Both the position numbers and the translations under genes were made by a program. Shown here piece by piece: positions 1 through 9,475 of a DNA stretch of 64,000 bases. Under the pieces are notes generated by a model. The model did no database searches. It was given only the letters and a program-made list of their open reading frames with translations, and was not told the origin of the DNA. Each line of letters opens with the position of its first letter. Within the stretch, counting starts at the first letter, position 1. Source of the stretch: Deltaproteobacteria bacterium (lineage in GTDB: Bacteria; Myxococcota; Kuafuiibacteriia; Kuafuiibacteriales; Kuafuiibacteriaceae); assembly GCA_040218735.1 (NCBI GenBank), contig JAVJQW010000038.1, forward strand, positions 160,001-224,000, written 5' to 3'.

Positions 1-4
1 AAAG

Positions 5-337
5 ATGGGCGCCGACGTCGGCGACGAGCTGAAGGCGACGCTGTCGCGGCTGGAGCGCGTCACGGAGCGCATCGAGGACATGCAAGCTCGCTTGCAGGCG
101 GCGTTCGGTTTGTTCGAGCGGTGGGGCGACGTCGCGGAGGCCGGGATGGTGAACGAACCGGCGACGATGAAGCGCATGGCGGGCAACATCCGAAAGATCG
201 CGGCGGACTTCGCCGACATGATCGAAGAAGGCACCGACCTCTCCGAAGAAGGCATGGACGACATGATGAAGGAGATGGAGAAGGGCGGAACGCTGCGCCC
301 GAAGAAGGGCGGCGCGAAGGACGAGCTGTTCGAGTAG
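5..337 (+). CDS. hypothetical protein, probably the C-terminal part of a gene that starts before the window
   Basis: Frame is open to the window edge; high-GC3 codons; helical, acidic sequence; TAG at 335-337. Confidence 0.6.
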   Translation: MGADVGDELKATLSRLERVTERIEDMQARLQAAFGLFERWGDVAEAGMVNEPATMKRMAGNIRKIAADFADMIEEGTDLSEEGMDDMMKEMEKGGTLRPKKGGAKDELFE

Positions 338-681
338 CTCGTTCTCTTGAATGGATCGCGGGATCGGTTCTTGGCGCCCGGGATCGTTCGTTCCACTGAA
401 GATACCGCTCAGATCGGCCTGGGATCCGGGGCTGCGGGGCCGAATCCTCGGGGGTGGTCCTGGGCCCCCCGAATAAGGGCTCGAAACGTGCTTTTTGCGG
501 GACTTTTCGGCCGCAACCTCGCGAAACAGGGGATAGATGGCCGATTTCGGCTTCTTTCGGCGCTCGGACCCGTTGCGCCCGTTCATTTCTTCCGATACGG
601 TCCGCGCCCATCACGACGGGGACGGTCTCCGTCGAAACGCCCCGTGAAGGGGCAAGAACGCAATCTCTGGAGGTTAACGGG

Positions 682-891
682 ATGGCCGGTAAGAAGAAGG
701 CGGGCGCCAAGAAGCCCAAGGAAATGCTCCTCGTGCAGAGCAAGGTGAAGGAATACGTCCGCGGGCAGGAGATGATGTGCTCGTCGGATCTCGTCGAGGC
801 GCTGAACGACCACGTCGCGTGGCTGCTCGACAAGGCCGTGGAGCGCGCGAGCGCGAACGGCCGCAAGACGGCGCGCGCGAGCGACGTCTAA
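682..891 (+). CDS. bacterial histone (Bd0055-like singlet histone fold) with Lys-rich N-terminal extension, 69 aa
   Basis: ATG at 682 preceded by GGAGG (669-673). MAGKKKAGAKKPKEMLLVQSKVKEYVRGQEMMCSSDLVEALNDHVAWLLDKAVERASANGRKTARASDV follows the Bd0055 pattern (LVxSKVK...L...A..A.A.GRKT....D). Confidence 0.88.
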   Translation: MAGKKKAGAKKPKEMLLVQSKVKEYVRGQEMMCSSDLVEALNDHVAWLLDKAVERASANGRKTARASDV

Positions 892-906
892 TCTAGGCGA
901 CCGCTC

Positions 907-924
907 AGCCCATCTCGATGGGCT
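907..924. terminator. hairpin between convergent genes, possible bidirectional terminator
   Basis: AGCCCATC-TC-GATGGGCT perfect inverted repeat between the histone stop (891) and the stop of the converging gene (923-925); no U-tract. Confidence 0.4.
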
Positions 925-2578
925 AGTTGGTACTTCGTGGGCGTGCGTCCGCACGCCGGTGCGTGCGCCCACGAGCACTCCACAGCAACGCGACGAACAC
1001 CCACCCCCAGGCGCTCTGCCTCGAACGTCGCGTCGAAGAACACGAACAACCCATCTCGTCCGCCGGCAACTTGGTCGGAGGGGCACAGCCGTCGAAGCGC
1101 GAGCAAAGCGATCCGCGCCCGTCGGTGTACGCGACGTACGCGGCGTCCATCGCGACGCGGAACGCCTCGTAGGGGGCGAGGTCGACGCTCGCGGCTGCTT
1201 CACCCGGGGCGGTGAGCACGACGTAACGAAGCGCGCGCTCCGCGACGCCCGGATCGCGCGGTCCGACGCGCGCGACGACATCCTCGATCGTCACGTCGAT
1301 CCGCCGGCCGAGGATCGCGGTCCCCACGGCGAGCTGCGCTTCGGCGGGGATCGCGGCGCCGTCCTCGGTGGTGGCGTCAGCGACGAAGAAAAACGGCGGG
1401 ACCTCGTCGGCGTCTGCGAGCCCGAGCCCGTACAGATCGAGCGGGGCGTAGCGCTCGTTCCTCGACTGCACGACGAAGCGCCCGGGGCGTGACTCGACGA
1501 ACCCGTGGCCACCGAGGACGGAGCCGTCGGTGTGCAAGAGCGCGTGCCAGTGCGCGCGCTGCCGGCCGAGCATCGTGACCGCCGCGGTCGAGCCGCCGAC
1601 CGTGGCCTCGAGGTGCGCGAGGTGCCGGTGCGCGATCTCGTGGAAGAAGAGCGCCTCGTCCTCGTCGCCGAGCTGCTTCATGTTGACGATGCCCTCGAGC
1701 CGCTCGACGCCGAACGCCGCGCGCTGATCCACGTCGTCGTCGCCGGTGCCCGCGACGTCGTCGAAGAACGGCACGTAGTAGGCCGGGCCGCCCGCGCCGA
1801 GATCGTCGAACGTGGTGAAGAGGACGATGACACCTTCGCCGTCCGCGCCCTCGTCGGCGAGGCGCGCCGTGATCCTCGCGAGGTCGTCGACCTCGTCGTC
1901 GAAGCGGATCCCGTAGGCGTCATCGATCCCGCTGACGAGACCGTCGCCCTCGAGCACGAGGAGCTCGCCGACGCGCGCGGTGAGGGCGTGGCCGGTGGTG
2001 CGGACGTGGTCGTTGGCGAAGCGGCGGGGCGTGTGGGTGCCGCGGTCGAGCGCGGGGGCGCAGGCGGTGAGGGCGAGGAGGAGGAGGGTGGGGATCGGGT
2101 TGGGGATCGGGATCGGACTCCGGATCGGATTCGGGATCGGACTCCGACTCGGATTCGGGATCGGATGCGGATGCGGATGCGGGATCGGATTCCGACTCGG
2201 ATTCGGGATCGGACTCCGACTCGGATTCGGGATCGGATTCGGGATCGGATGCGGATGCGGGATCGGACTCGGATTCCGACTCCGACTCCGACTCGGGATC
2301 GGGATCGGACTCCGACTCGGATTCGGGATCGGTTCCCGAGTCCGATTCTGTTCCTGAGTCCGATCCTGTTCCGGAATCCGCGCCCGAATCCGATCCCGTT
2401 CCCGAATCCGAGTCCGAGTCCGAGTCCGAGTCCGAGTCCGATCCCGCATCCGAATCCGCATCCGAATCCGCGTCCGAATCCGCGTCCGAATCCGAGTCCG
2501 CGGCCGATTCCGAATCCGCGTCCGATTCCGAGTCGGTGTCCGAGTCCGATCCCCTTCCCAACGCATCATCATCACCAC
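923..2578 (-). CDS. exported Zn-metalloprotease-like lipoprotein with MYXO-CTERM-like tail; true start unresolved inside the repeat tract
   Basis: Lipobox-like LLLLALTAC near 2060-2090; HEIAHRH (HExxH); C-terminal GCSC...[17 protein letters not shown]. The first ~160 codons of the ORF are translated microsatellite. Confidence 0.7.
   Translation of the reverse strand: MVMMMRWEGDRTRTPTRNRTRIRNRPRTRIRTRIRTRIRMRIRMRDRTRTRTRTRTRIRERDRIRARIPEQDRTQEQNRTREPIPNPSRSPIPIPSRSRSRNPSPIPHPHPIPNPIPNPSRSPIPNPSRNPIPHPHPHPIPNPSRSPIPNPIRSPIPIPNPIPTLLLLALTACAPALDRGTHTPRRFANDHVRTTGHALTARVGELLVLEGDGLVSGIDDAYGIRFDDEVDDLARITARLADEGADGEGVIVLFTTFDDLGAGGPAYYVPFFDDVAGTGDDDVDQRAAFGVERLEGIVNMKQLGDEDEALFFHEIAHRHLAHLEATVGGSTAAVTMLGRQRAHWHALLHTDGSVLGGHGFVESRPGRFVVQSRNERYAPLDLYGLGLADADEVPPFFFVADATTEDGAAIPAEAQLAVGTAILGRRIDVTIEDVVARVGPRDPGVAERALRYVVLTAPGEAAASVDLAPYEAFRVAMDAAYVAYTDGRGSLCSRFDGCAPPTKLPADEMGCSCSSTRRSRQSAWGWVFVALLWSARGRTHRRADARPRSTN
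2091..2555. repeat. degenerate hexamer microsatellite arranged as a large imperfect inverted repeat
   Basis: Left arm of GGGATC/GGATTC/GGACTC/GGATGC units; right arm of their reverse complements (GAGTCC/GAATCC/GCATCC); centre TCGGGA-TCGGT-TCCCGA at 2323-2339. Confidence 0.85.
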
Positions 2579-2652
2579 GGCCGCGATTCAGTACCGGGAC
2601 CCGGACCGGGACCACCACGGCCGCGATTCAGTACCGGGACCCGGACCGGGAC
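2573..2652. repeat. exact 40-bp tandem duplication (2 copies)
   Basis: CACCACGGCCGCGATTCAGTACCGGGACCCGGACCGGGAC at 2573-2612 and 2613-2652. Confidence 0.95.
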
Positions 2653-2725
2653 CGGGACCGGGTCCCCTTGCTTCGCTCGGGGTGGATATTGACGACCACC
2701 CCACCCCTCGTCATCCTCACCGGCG

Positions 2726-2941
2726 GTGAAGTTCCGACTCAAGCGCCGCGTGAAGAAGATGAACGTCTGCACGCGGTGCGAGGCGACGATGGACCGGCGG
2801 ACGTCCATCCCCGAGGGCGCCGGGCGGCGCTACTGGGGGGACGTCGAGCCGTACGTCTACGTCGGCGACGCCGAGATTCATCACTTCATCTGCACGGCCT
2901 GCGGCAACCTCACCGCGATCCAGTTCGCCGAAGCCGCGTAG
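2726..2941 (+). CDS. small zinc-ribbon protein
   Basis: CTRC...CTAC pair of CxxC motifs in 71 aa; typical codon usage; 5 nt before the next gene. Confidence 0.7.
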   Translation: MKFRLKRRVKKMNVCTRCEATMDRRTSIPEGAGRRYWGDVEPYVYVGDAEIHHFICTACGNLTAIQFAEAA

Positions 2942-2946
2942 GCGCC

Positions 2947-3675
2947 GTGGCGGTCAAGGGTCCCAAGGACCGCGGCCCGCTCCCGCCGCGGGTCGATCCC
3001 CAGGCGCCCGACACCACGCCCCGCGAAGCCCCGCGCCTGGACGCCACGCGATGGCCCGGTGCGCTCGCGCCGAAGGATCACGACGCCCCGGGGCACGACG
3101 CCCTCCTCGGCGAGGGGCAGATCGGCGACCCCAGCGTCACGCCCGACGCGCTCATGCAGATGGGCTCCCTCGTGCGCGCCCGCCACCTCATGACCCTCCT
3201 CGCGCGACGGCGCGGGCAGATCGAGCGCGACGCGCTCGTCGCCGAGGTCGGCGATCTCCTCCTCGCGCTCGACCCCGCCGAGGCGCGTCGGCTCCTGTTC
3301 ACGATGACGCAGGCCGGCCGCATCGTGGACGTGTACCCGCTCGAGGTCTTCGACTACGTGCACCGGCGCCGCGCGCTCGCCGACGTCGAGTACGGCCCCA
3401 TCGTGAAGAACAAGGATGACCTCGAGGGCCGCGCGTTCACGCCCGACGACGTCATCCGACTCGAGCTCGCGGCGCTCGCCGTGCGCCTTCAGGCCCTCGC
3501 GCTGGAGGGCGGCCCCACCCCCGGCTACTGCCTCGCGCCCGGCCCGCCCGGTCGCTATCACCTCCAGTTCGACGCCCCCGGGACGTTTTCCCTGTTGCTG
3601 CGGGCCCAAATCCGCAAGAAGACTCGCCTCGAGCGCCTACGAATCCGCGTCGAGGACGCCGAATCGCCGCGCTGA
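2947..3675 (+). CDS. hypothetical protein
   Basis: GTG at 2947 in frame with ORF 2536..3675; Pro-rich N-terminus, then helical and beta regions. Confidence 0.65.
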   Translation: MAVKGPKDRGPLPPRVDPQAPDTTPREAPRLDATRWPGALAPKDHDAPGHDALLGEGQIGDPSVTPDALMQMGSLVRARHLMTLLARRRGQIERDALVAEVGDLLLALDPAEARRLLFTMTQAGRIVDVYPLEVFDYVHRRRALADVEYGPIVKNKDDLEGRAFTPDDVIRLELAALAVRLQALALEGGPTPGYCLAPGPPGRYHLQFDAPGTFSLLLRAQIRKKTRLERLRIRVEDAESPR

Positions 3676-3736
3676 ATGGTAGTATCCCGTGGGGACGGGG
3701 CGCCGGTGTGACCGCCGGCTGCGACGAGTGATTTCC

Positions 3737-6700
3737 ATGAACAGATCCGCTGCGCTCTTCTCGATCATCTTGCTCTCGGCGGCGTGTGGCTCGGGCGAAG
3801 ACCTCGGCGACGAGACGGTCCCGCGCGACGGCGGCCCCGACCGCCCGCCGGTCGTCCGACCCGACGCCGGCCCGGACGTCCCCGACGTCCCGCTGCCCAC
3901 CGTCACCAACGTCTCCCCCGCGACAGGCCCCGAGACCGGCGGCACCCGCGTGACCATCCGCGGCACGTCCTTCGCCGAACCCGCCGAGGTCTACTTCGGT
4001 GAGCTCGCCGCCAGCAGCGTCGTCGTCCTCGACGAAGTCTCCATCGCCGCGACCACGCCGCCGAACCCCGTCGGCGCCGTGAACGTCCGCGTGGTCACGC
4101 CCGGCGGCGAGGCCACCCTCGACAACGGCTTCACGTACCACCGCGAGCTCGTGCTCGACTCCGTCGAGCCGCGGCGCATCCCCGACGAGGGCGGCGTGCG
4201 GGTCATCGTCCGCGGCCGAGGTTTCGACGCCCAAACGATCGTGCTCTTCGATCGCCAACCGCTCCGCGGACAGATCCTCGTCGATGAACGACGCATCGAA
4301 GGTTACGCGCCCGCGCTCGAGCCCGGGCGCCCCGAAGTACGCGTCATCCACGTCGACGCCTCCGTGCGCCGCAGCGACGTCGTCTACGTCTATGGCACCC
4401 CCGACATCGACGCGGTCGCGCCCGGCTACGGCCCCGCCACCGGGCGCGCCGCGCAGGAGATCGCCGGCGACGGCCTGTCCGACGCCGACGAAGTCCGCAT
4501 CGGTCCGGAGGTCGCGGGCGGCCTCGAGCTCGCGGACGACACGCGCCTCGCGGTCACGTCCCCGGCGCTCGCGGTCGGCGTGCACGACGTGACGGTCGCG
4601 AACCAGGACACGTTCGGCACGCTCGTGGGCGGCTACATCGCGTACGATCCGAACGAGACGCAGACGAGCGTCCTCGGCGTCACGCCGCCGCGTGCGTCCA
4701 CCGCGGGGGGCACGGTCATCGCGCTCGTCGGGTACGGCTTCGCGCAGGACGCCCAGGTCGCGATCGCCGGGCAGCGCCTCCCGATCACCGCGCTGTCCGC
4801 CAACGCGGTGTCGTTCGTGCTGCCGGCGGGGCTCCCGGCCGGGCCGACGGACATCGCGTTCTTCACGCAGGGCCGCTCGATCAACGTGAACAACCAGCTG
4901 ACGCTCTTCGACCCGGTCGTCGTCGACAGCGTGGATCCCGCGACGGGGCCCGTCAGCGGCGGGACCGCGGTGACGATCCGCGGCTCCGGCTTCATCGCGG
5001 GGGCGAACGTGCGCATCGCGGACGTCCCGCTCGCGGATGTCGTCATCGTGAGTGACACCGAGATCACCGGCACCACGGTCGCCGGCGCCCACGGCGCGCA
5101 GGACGTCGTCGTGCGGACCGCCGACTCGACCGGCGTGCTCGAGGACGGCTTCTTCTTCGAGGAGGCGTTCGAGCTCATCGCCATCGAGCCGCGCGAAGGC
5201 TCGATGGCCGGCAACACCTACGTGTCGATCATCGGTCGCGGCTTCTCGGAGCCGGTGAGCGTCGAGTTCGACGGCGTCGAGGGCATCGACCCGGTGCTCG
5301 AGAACGGCTCGGTCATCGGCGTGCGCACCGCGCCCGCGAGCCCGGGGCTGGTCGACGTGGAGATCACGACGGGTGTCGAGCAGGTGTTGCGCGAGCGCGC
5401 GTTCCGCTTCTACGACCCGCGCCTCATCACCGGTGGCGCGTGGGGCGGGCCGATCGAAGGCTCGGTCAACGTGGCGGTGATGACGCGTCAGCGGCAGCCG
5501 CTCGCGGGCATGGTGGTTCAGCTCGGCTACGAGGCCGACATCCGCTACGCCGCCATCACCGACGAAAACGGCCTCGCGACCATCTCCTGGCCGGACGTCC
5601 GCGGCGCGCAGACCGTGACGGCCGGCGGGCCGCAGGTGGAGTTCGTGACGTTCATGGATCTGAACGCCAAGAACCTCACGATGTTCGCGGAGCCCTATCC
5701 GATGTCGATGCCCCCGGACGCACCGCTGCAGCCGTGCGGCGTCCCGGCGCCCCCGCCGACGGTCACGGGGCGGATCTTCCGCTTCAAGTCCGCGCTCGAC
5801 GAGCAGACGCGCCCGGGTTGGCAGCCGCTCGCGCGCATCACGTACACGCAGCAGAACGTCTTCACGCCGAACCCGCCGGAAGGGATGATGCCGCCGTTCC
5901 AGGAGGCCGAGGTGACGATGGAGGGCGGCGCCTACGAGATCGCGGTGATGCGCGCCGGCACGGTCGCGGTTTACGCGACGTTCGGGGAGTACAACCGCGC
6001 GACGGGGCAGTTCATCCCGAAGCGCATGGGGATCGTGCGCAACGTCCCGGTCGCGCCGGAGACGGAGACGTCGGACATCAACATCTCGCTCGACATCGAC
6101 CTCGACCAGACCACGGCCGTGCGCCTCGACGCGCCGCCGGACCAGCTGCCGGGGCCGACGATCAACGCGGTGTTCCCGTTCCTCAACCTGCAGTCGGACG
6201 GCGTCATCCCGTTCCCCGCGGTCGCGGTGTTCGGCGAGGGGCCGGTCATCGTGAACAACATGCCGCGCGTGGCGGAGTCGAGCTTCTACTACATGGGCGG
6301 CTCGTTCACGTGGGACGGGCAAGGTGGCTTGCGCAACCCGTACTCGCTCTCGTTCACGGAGAGCGGCGAGCCGCTCGAGAACGGCGTCGACATGGGGCCG
6401 TTCCTCCAGATGCCGCAGAACATCTCGCCGAAGCCCGGCGAGCTCACGGTGGACGGGAAGATCTCCTGGGACACCATCGGCGTCACGCCGGACATCACGA
6501 CGCTCAACGTCGTCGACGTCGTCGGCGTGAGCGGCTGCTGCTGCGACGACGAGCCGCCGCGCGGAAACCGCAACGGCCAGTGCGACGCCGGCGAGCCGGA
6601 GAACTGCGGCGGGATCCCGCAGCAGTTCAACCGCTGGAGCATCTTCGGCCAGGGCGGGCTGCAGAGCTACGCGATGCCGCGGATGCCGCTGTCCCTCACG

Positions 6701-6859
6701 GCGTTCGACACCCCCCGCAACTACGCCGTGCTCGGTCAGTTGGCGATCGCGCCGCGCTTCGACTACAGCGAGTTCATCTACAACCAGTTCTCGCCGTTCT
6801 TCTGGCAGAGCTGGGTGGTCTTCCAGTCGCAAGTGTTCGTGAAGGAAGAAACGGACTGA
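3737..6859 (+). CDS. large surface lipoprotein with multiple IPT/TIG domains
   Basis: Signal MNRSAALFSIILLSAAC; about six repeats of type V.P..G...GGT.VTI.G.GF; C-terminal beta-rich region with a Cys cluster. Confidence 0.88.
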   Translation: MNRSAALFSIILLSAACGSGEDLGDETVPRDGGPDRPPVVRPDAGPDVPDVPLPTVTNVSPATGPETGGTRVTIRGTSFAEPAEVYFGELAASSVVVLDEVSIAATTPPNPVGAVNVRVVTPGGEATLDNGFTYHRELVLDSVEPRRIPDEGGVRVIVRGRGFDAQTIVLFDRQPLRGQILVDERRIEGYAPALEPGRPEVRVIHVDASVRRSDVVYVYGTPDIDAVAPGYGPATGRAAQEIAGDGLSDADEVRIGPEVAGGLELADDTRLAVTSPALAVGVHDVTVANQDTFGTLVGGYIAYDPNETQTSVLGVTPPRASTAGGTVIALVGYGFAQDAQVAIAGQRLPITALSANAVSFVLPAGLPAGPTDIAFFTQGRSINVNNQLTLFDPVVVDSVDPATGPVSGGTAVTIRGSGFIAGANVRIADVPLADVVIVSDTEITGTTVAGAHGAQDVVVRTADSTGVLEDGFFFEEAFELIAIEPREGSMAGNTYVSIIGRGFSEPVSVEFDGVEGIDPVLENGSVIGVRTAPASPGLVDVEITTGVEQVLRERAFRFYDPRLITGGAWGGPIEGSVNVAVMTRQRQPLAGMVVQLGYEADIRYAAITDENGLATISWPDVRGAQTVTAGGPQVEFVTFMDLNAKNLTMFAEPYPMSMPPDAPLQPCGVPAPPPTVTGRIFRFKSALDEQTRPGWQPLARITYTQQNVFTPNPPEGMMPPFQEAEVTMEGGAYEIAVMRAGTVAVYATFGEYNRATGQFIPKRMGIVRNVPVAPETETSDINISLDIDLDQTTAVRLDAPPDQLPGPTINAVFPFLNLQSDGVIPFPAVAVFGEGPVIVNNMPRVAESSFYYMGGSFTWDGQGGLRNPYSLSFTESGEPLENGVDMGPFLQMPQNISPKPGELTVDGKISWDTIGVTPDITTLNVVDVVGVSGCCCDDEPPRGNRNGQCDAGEPENCGGIPQQFNRWSIFGQGGLQSYAMPRMPLSLTAFDTPRNYAVLGQLAIAPRFDYSEFIYNQFSPFFWQSWVVFQSQVFVKEETD

Positions 6860-6875
6860 CCCGAGGAGCGCGGTC

Positions 6876-8192
6876 TTGAAAACCCATCGTTCGAATCCAT
6901 GGCGCGCGCAGCTCGCCGTGAGCCTGTTCCTGTTCGCGTCCTGCGTGGTCGTCGCCTGTTCGTCCGGCGACGACGGCGAGCCGACGAACGTGTGTACCTC
7001 GGACGCCGAGTGCACCGCGCCGGGCACGCGCTGTGACGTCGCCCGTTCGGTCTGCATCTGCGTGACCGACGAAGCGTGCGACGAAGACGAGTTCTGCAAC
7101 AACGCCGGGGTCTGCCAGGTCGAAGCGGGCTGCACGTCGAGCACCGAATGCACCGAGCCCAACACGTACTGCGACATCTCGTCGGGGCAGTGCCTGCAGG
7201 GGCAGGGCATCCAACCGCAGGAGGCCTGCCGGCTCGCGTCGCACTGTCCCTTCGGCTACGTGTGCGACGTACCCGAGGCCACCACGGCGCTGATGACGCC
7301 GGTGGGGACCTGCGTCGAGGGCTGCTTCGACGACGGCGACTGCTCGCTCGGCGAGGTCTGCTTCGAGGGGCAGTGCGCGACGGGCCTGTGCAGCGCGGAC
7401 GCCTTCTGCGACTACGGCCAGCGCTGCCGCAACGCGAGCTGCGTCGACGACAACCGCGGGCCGTACTGCCGTTCCTGCTCGGTGCGGACGGCGATGAACC
7501 CGAACCCCTGCGACGACTACCGAAACTTCTGCCTGATCAACAACCGCGAGCTCGGTGGCTTCACCAACTTCTGCGGGGTCGACTGCTCGCTCGGCCAAGA
7601 GTGCCCGAACGGCTTCCAGTGCGGAGGCGTCGTGATCCTCACGCAGCAGCAGTGTCAGTCCGAGGCCGACTGCCGGTGCCGCCGCGAGAACATCCGCTTC
7701 GCGACGCAGACCTGCACGGTCGCTGCGACGTGTGACCCGCGTCTGCCGGACGGACGCCCCGACCCCGACGCGACGCGCTGTCTCGTCGCGGGCGCCGCGG
7801 ACTGCAACGGCGGCGTGCCCGGCGGCGACGGCATTTGCATCGTCCCGAAGGGTCAGCGCGGCGGCAACTGCACGTGCGTGACGAACGACGACTGCGGTGA
7901 AGACGGCGTGTGCGTCGGCGGCCTGTGCTGCGGCGGCAACGTCGAGCCGGAGGGCCCGGTGTGCGCCGGCGGCGAGGGCACGATCGCGGGCTTCTGCACC
8001 TGCGGCACCGACGACGACTGTCCGCGCGACAACTGCGACGGCAGCACGAACCGCTGCGCGATCACCGGTCTGCCGTGCACGCCGGGCAACGACGACTGCG
8101 GTCCGATCCCCTGCGTGAACGGTGGCTGCCTCATCGGCCGCAACTGCGCGCCGCTGCAGGGGCTCACGTGCTCGGAGGTGCTCGACCGGTGA
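6876..8192 (+). CDS. cysteine-rich repeat lipoprotein
   Basis: Lipobox VVAC; many C..D.DC/C..G.C repeats; 16 nt downstream of the IPT/TIG gene. Confidence 0.85.
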   Translation: MKTHRSNPWRAQLAVSLFLFASCVVVACSSGDDGEPTNVCTSDAECTAPGTRCDVARSVCICVTDEACDEDEFCNNAGVCQVEAGCTSSTECTEPNTYCDISSGQCLQGQGIQPQEACRLASHCPFGYVCDVPEATTALMTPVGTCVEGCFDDGDCSLGEVCFEGQCATGLCSADAFCDYGQRCRNASCVDDNRGPYCRSCSVRTAMNPNPCDDYRNFCLINNRELGGFTNFCGVDCSLGQECPNGFQCGGVVILTQQQCQSEADCRCRRENIRFATQTCTVAATCDPRLPDGRPDPDATRCLVAGAADCNGGVPGGDGICIVPKGQRGGNCTCVTNDDCGEDGVCVGGLCCGGNVEPEGPVCAGGEGTIAGFCTCGTDDDCPRDNCDGSTNRCAITGLPCTPGNDDCGPIPCVNGGCLIGRNCAPLQGLTCSEVLDR

Positions 8193-8689
8193 GCGAGGAC
8201 CGCGACGCGCACCTGACGCGCCTCGCCGAGATCCAACGTGCGCGGAAGGTTCGCACCGTGGGCGGCGCGCTCACGTCCATCGCCGTCGGGCAGCTGTTGT
8301 TCGCGGCCTTCGCGTTTGGCCACTCGCGCGGCCCGGTGCCGCTCCAACCCCTCGAGCTCCTGATCGGGATGGGCCTCGCGCTGGTCTTCGGCGCGGTGCT
8401 CGCGGTGGTGACCACGCGCCGCCGCCTGGAGACCACGTCGAAGTTCGTGCTGCGTCTGACCGAGGGCCGCCACCGCCGCCGCGTCGCGGTGTTCTCGGAC
8501 TTCTTCACGATCGACCAGGAGGTCGTCCTGGGCGGGACGGTCGAAACGCTCGACGTAGAAGACGACAAACTCGTCCTCCGCTACATCGATCCGCGCTTCG
8601 ACGGCCCGGTGCTGCGCGAGCTCGAAGGGACGCCGAATGTGTTGGGGCGCCTCGTCGACGCGATGAAACCGAAGCCCGCCGCGACCTGA
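8189..8689 (+). CDS. hypothetical membrane protein (2 TM)
   Basis: GTG at 8189 overlaps the upstream TGA; two hydrophobic segments. Confidence 0.7.
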   Translation: MSEDRDAHLTRLAEIQRARKVRTVGGALTSIAVGQLLFAAFAFGHSRGPVPLQPLELLIGMGLALVFGAVLAVVTTRRRLETTSKFVLRLTEGRHRRRVAVFSDFFTIDQEVVLGGTVETLDVEDDKLVLRYIDPRFDGPVLRELEGTPNVLGRLVDAMKPKPAAT

Positions 8690-8695
8690 GCCGAT

Positions 8696-9475
8696 TCAGT
8701 CGACGACAACGACGGGCACGACGAAGAACCAGACGTCCTCCTGCCCGACCGCGGCTTCGAAGCTCTTCTCCTTCGTGTCGTAGCTCGACGTCGCCGTTCC
8801 GGTCGCCAAGGCCGCGATGCGTTCGTCCGACGGCCGGGCGTCCTCACGCGCCACGTACACGACGAGTGTCCATTCGCCCGCGGGCGGGAGCACCACGTCG
8901 GCTTCGCCTCGGTAGCGGAACGAGCCCCCCTCTGCGCCTTGAAGTGCGAACGAACGCCGTGTGTCTCCCGCACCGACCCAGAAGCCCTCGGCGCGAATCG
9001 GCCCGCTGAAACGCGTGGCCGGGCGGACGATGAGATCCAGCGGGTCGCTGTTGCGCAGGAGGACGGCGCGCTCCGTCGACGCCACATCGGCGCTACGGTG
9101 GGTCTGTTGGATCGGCCGGAGCGTCACGTTGTACTCGGGCAGCGCCCCGTGCTCGACGGTCATCGGCGCGGGCAGCGTGACCCACAGGGCCAGGGCTGCG
9201 GCGACCGCCGCGAGGGCGCCCCCGGCGATCCGCCAGCTCGATGCACGCGAGCGGCTCGGCGCCGAAGCCGCGACGGAGGGCCACACGCGCTGCGCCGACG
9301 CCGAGGCTGCGTAGGTCTCCCCAACGGCGGCCTCGGCCTCGGCCCAGCGATCGTAGAGCCCGCGGCAGTCGGCGCAGGTGCGGAGGTGCGCACGCAGCGC
9401 TGCCTGCTGCGCCGCGTCGACCTCGCCGCCCACGAACAGGTCGCGGACGAGCGCCTGGGCCTCGTCATGGTTCAC
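8696..9475 (-). CDS. zinc-binding (zf-HC2/ZAS) transmembrane anti-sigma factor
   Basis: HLRTCADC (HxxxCxxC); TM segment IAGGALAAVAAALALWV; extracytoplasmic C-domain; overlaps the 3' end of the ECF gene. Confidence 0.85.
   Translation of the reverse strand: MNHDEAQALVRDLFVGGEVDAAQQAALRAHLRTCADCRGLYDRWAEAEAAVGETYAASASAQRVWPSVAASAPSRSRASSWRIAGGALAAVAAALALWVTLPAPMTVEHGALPEYNVTLRPIQQTHRSADVASTERAVLLRNSDPLDLIVRPATRFSGPIRAEGFWVGAGDTRRSFALQGAEGGSFRYRGEADVVLPPAGEWTLVVYVAREDARPSDERIAALATGTATSSYDTKEKSFEAAVGQEDVWFFVVPVVVVD

Noticed and set aside
454-681. N-terminal extension of the histone ORF in the ORF track
   Set aside because: Atypical codons upstream; a clear RBS and ATG at 682 define the likely gene.
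1920-2618. Minus-strand ORF of SD/SE dipeptide repeats resembling staphylococcal Sdr adhesins
   Set aside because: It is an alternative reading of the hexamer microsatellite, with no signal peptide, adhesin domain or sorting motif.
2091-2660. Possible CRISPR array
   Set aside because: Period-6 degenerate units with no unique spacers; the 40-bp duplicate has no spacer; no cas genes seen.
3452-7210. 1252-aa minus-strand ORF (and similar long antisense ORFs at 16795-19452, 35827-38427, 38378-40291)
   Set aside because: High-GC shadow frames opposite well-supported genes; Arg/Ala-rich with no motifs.
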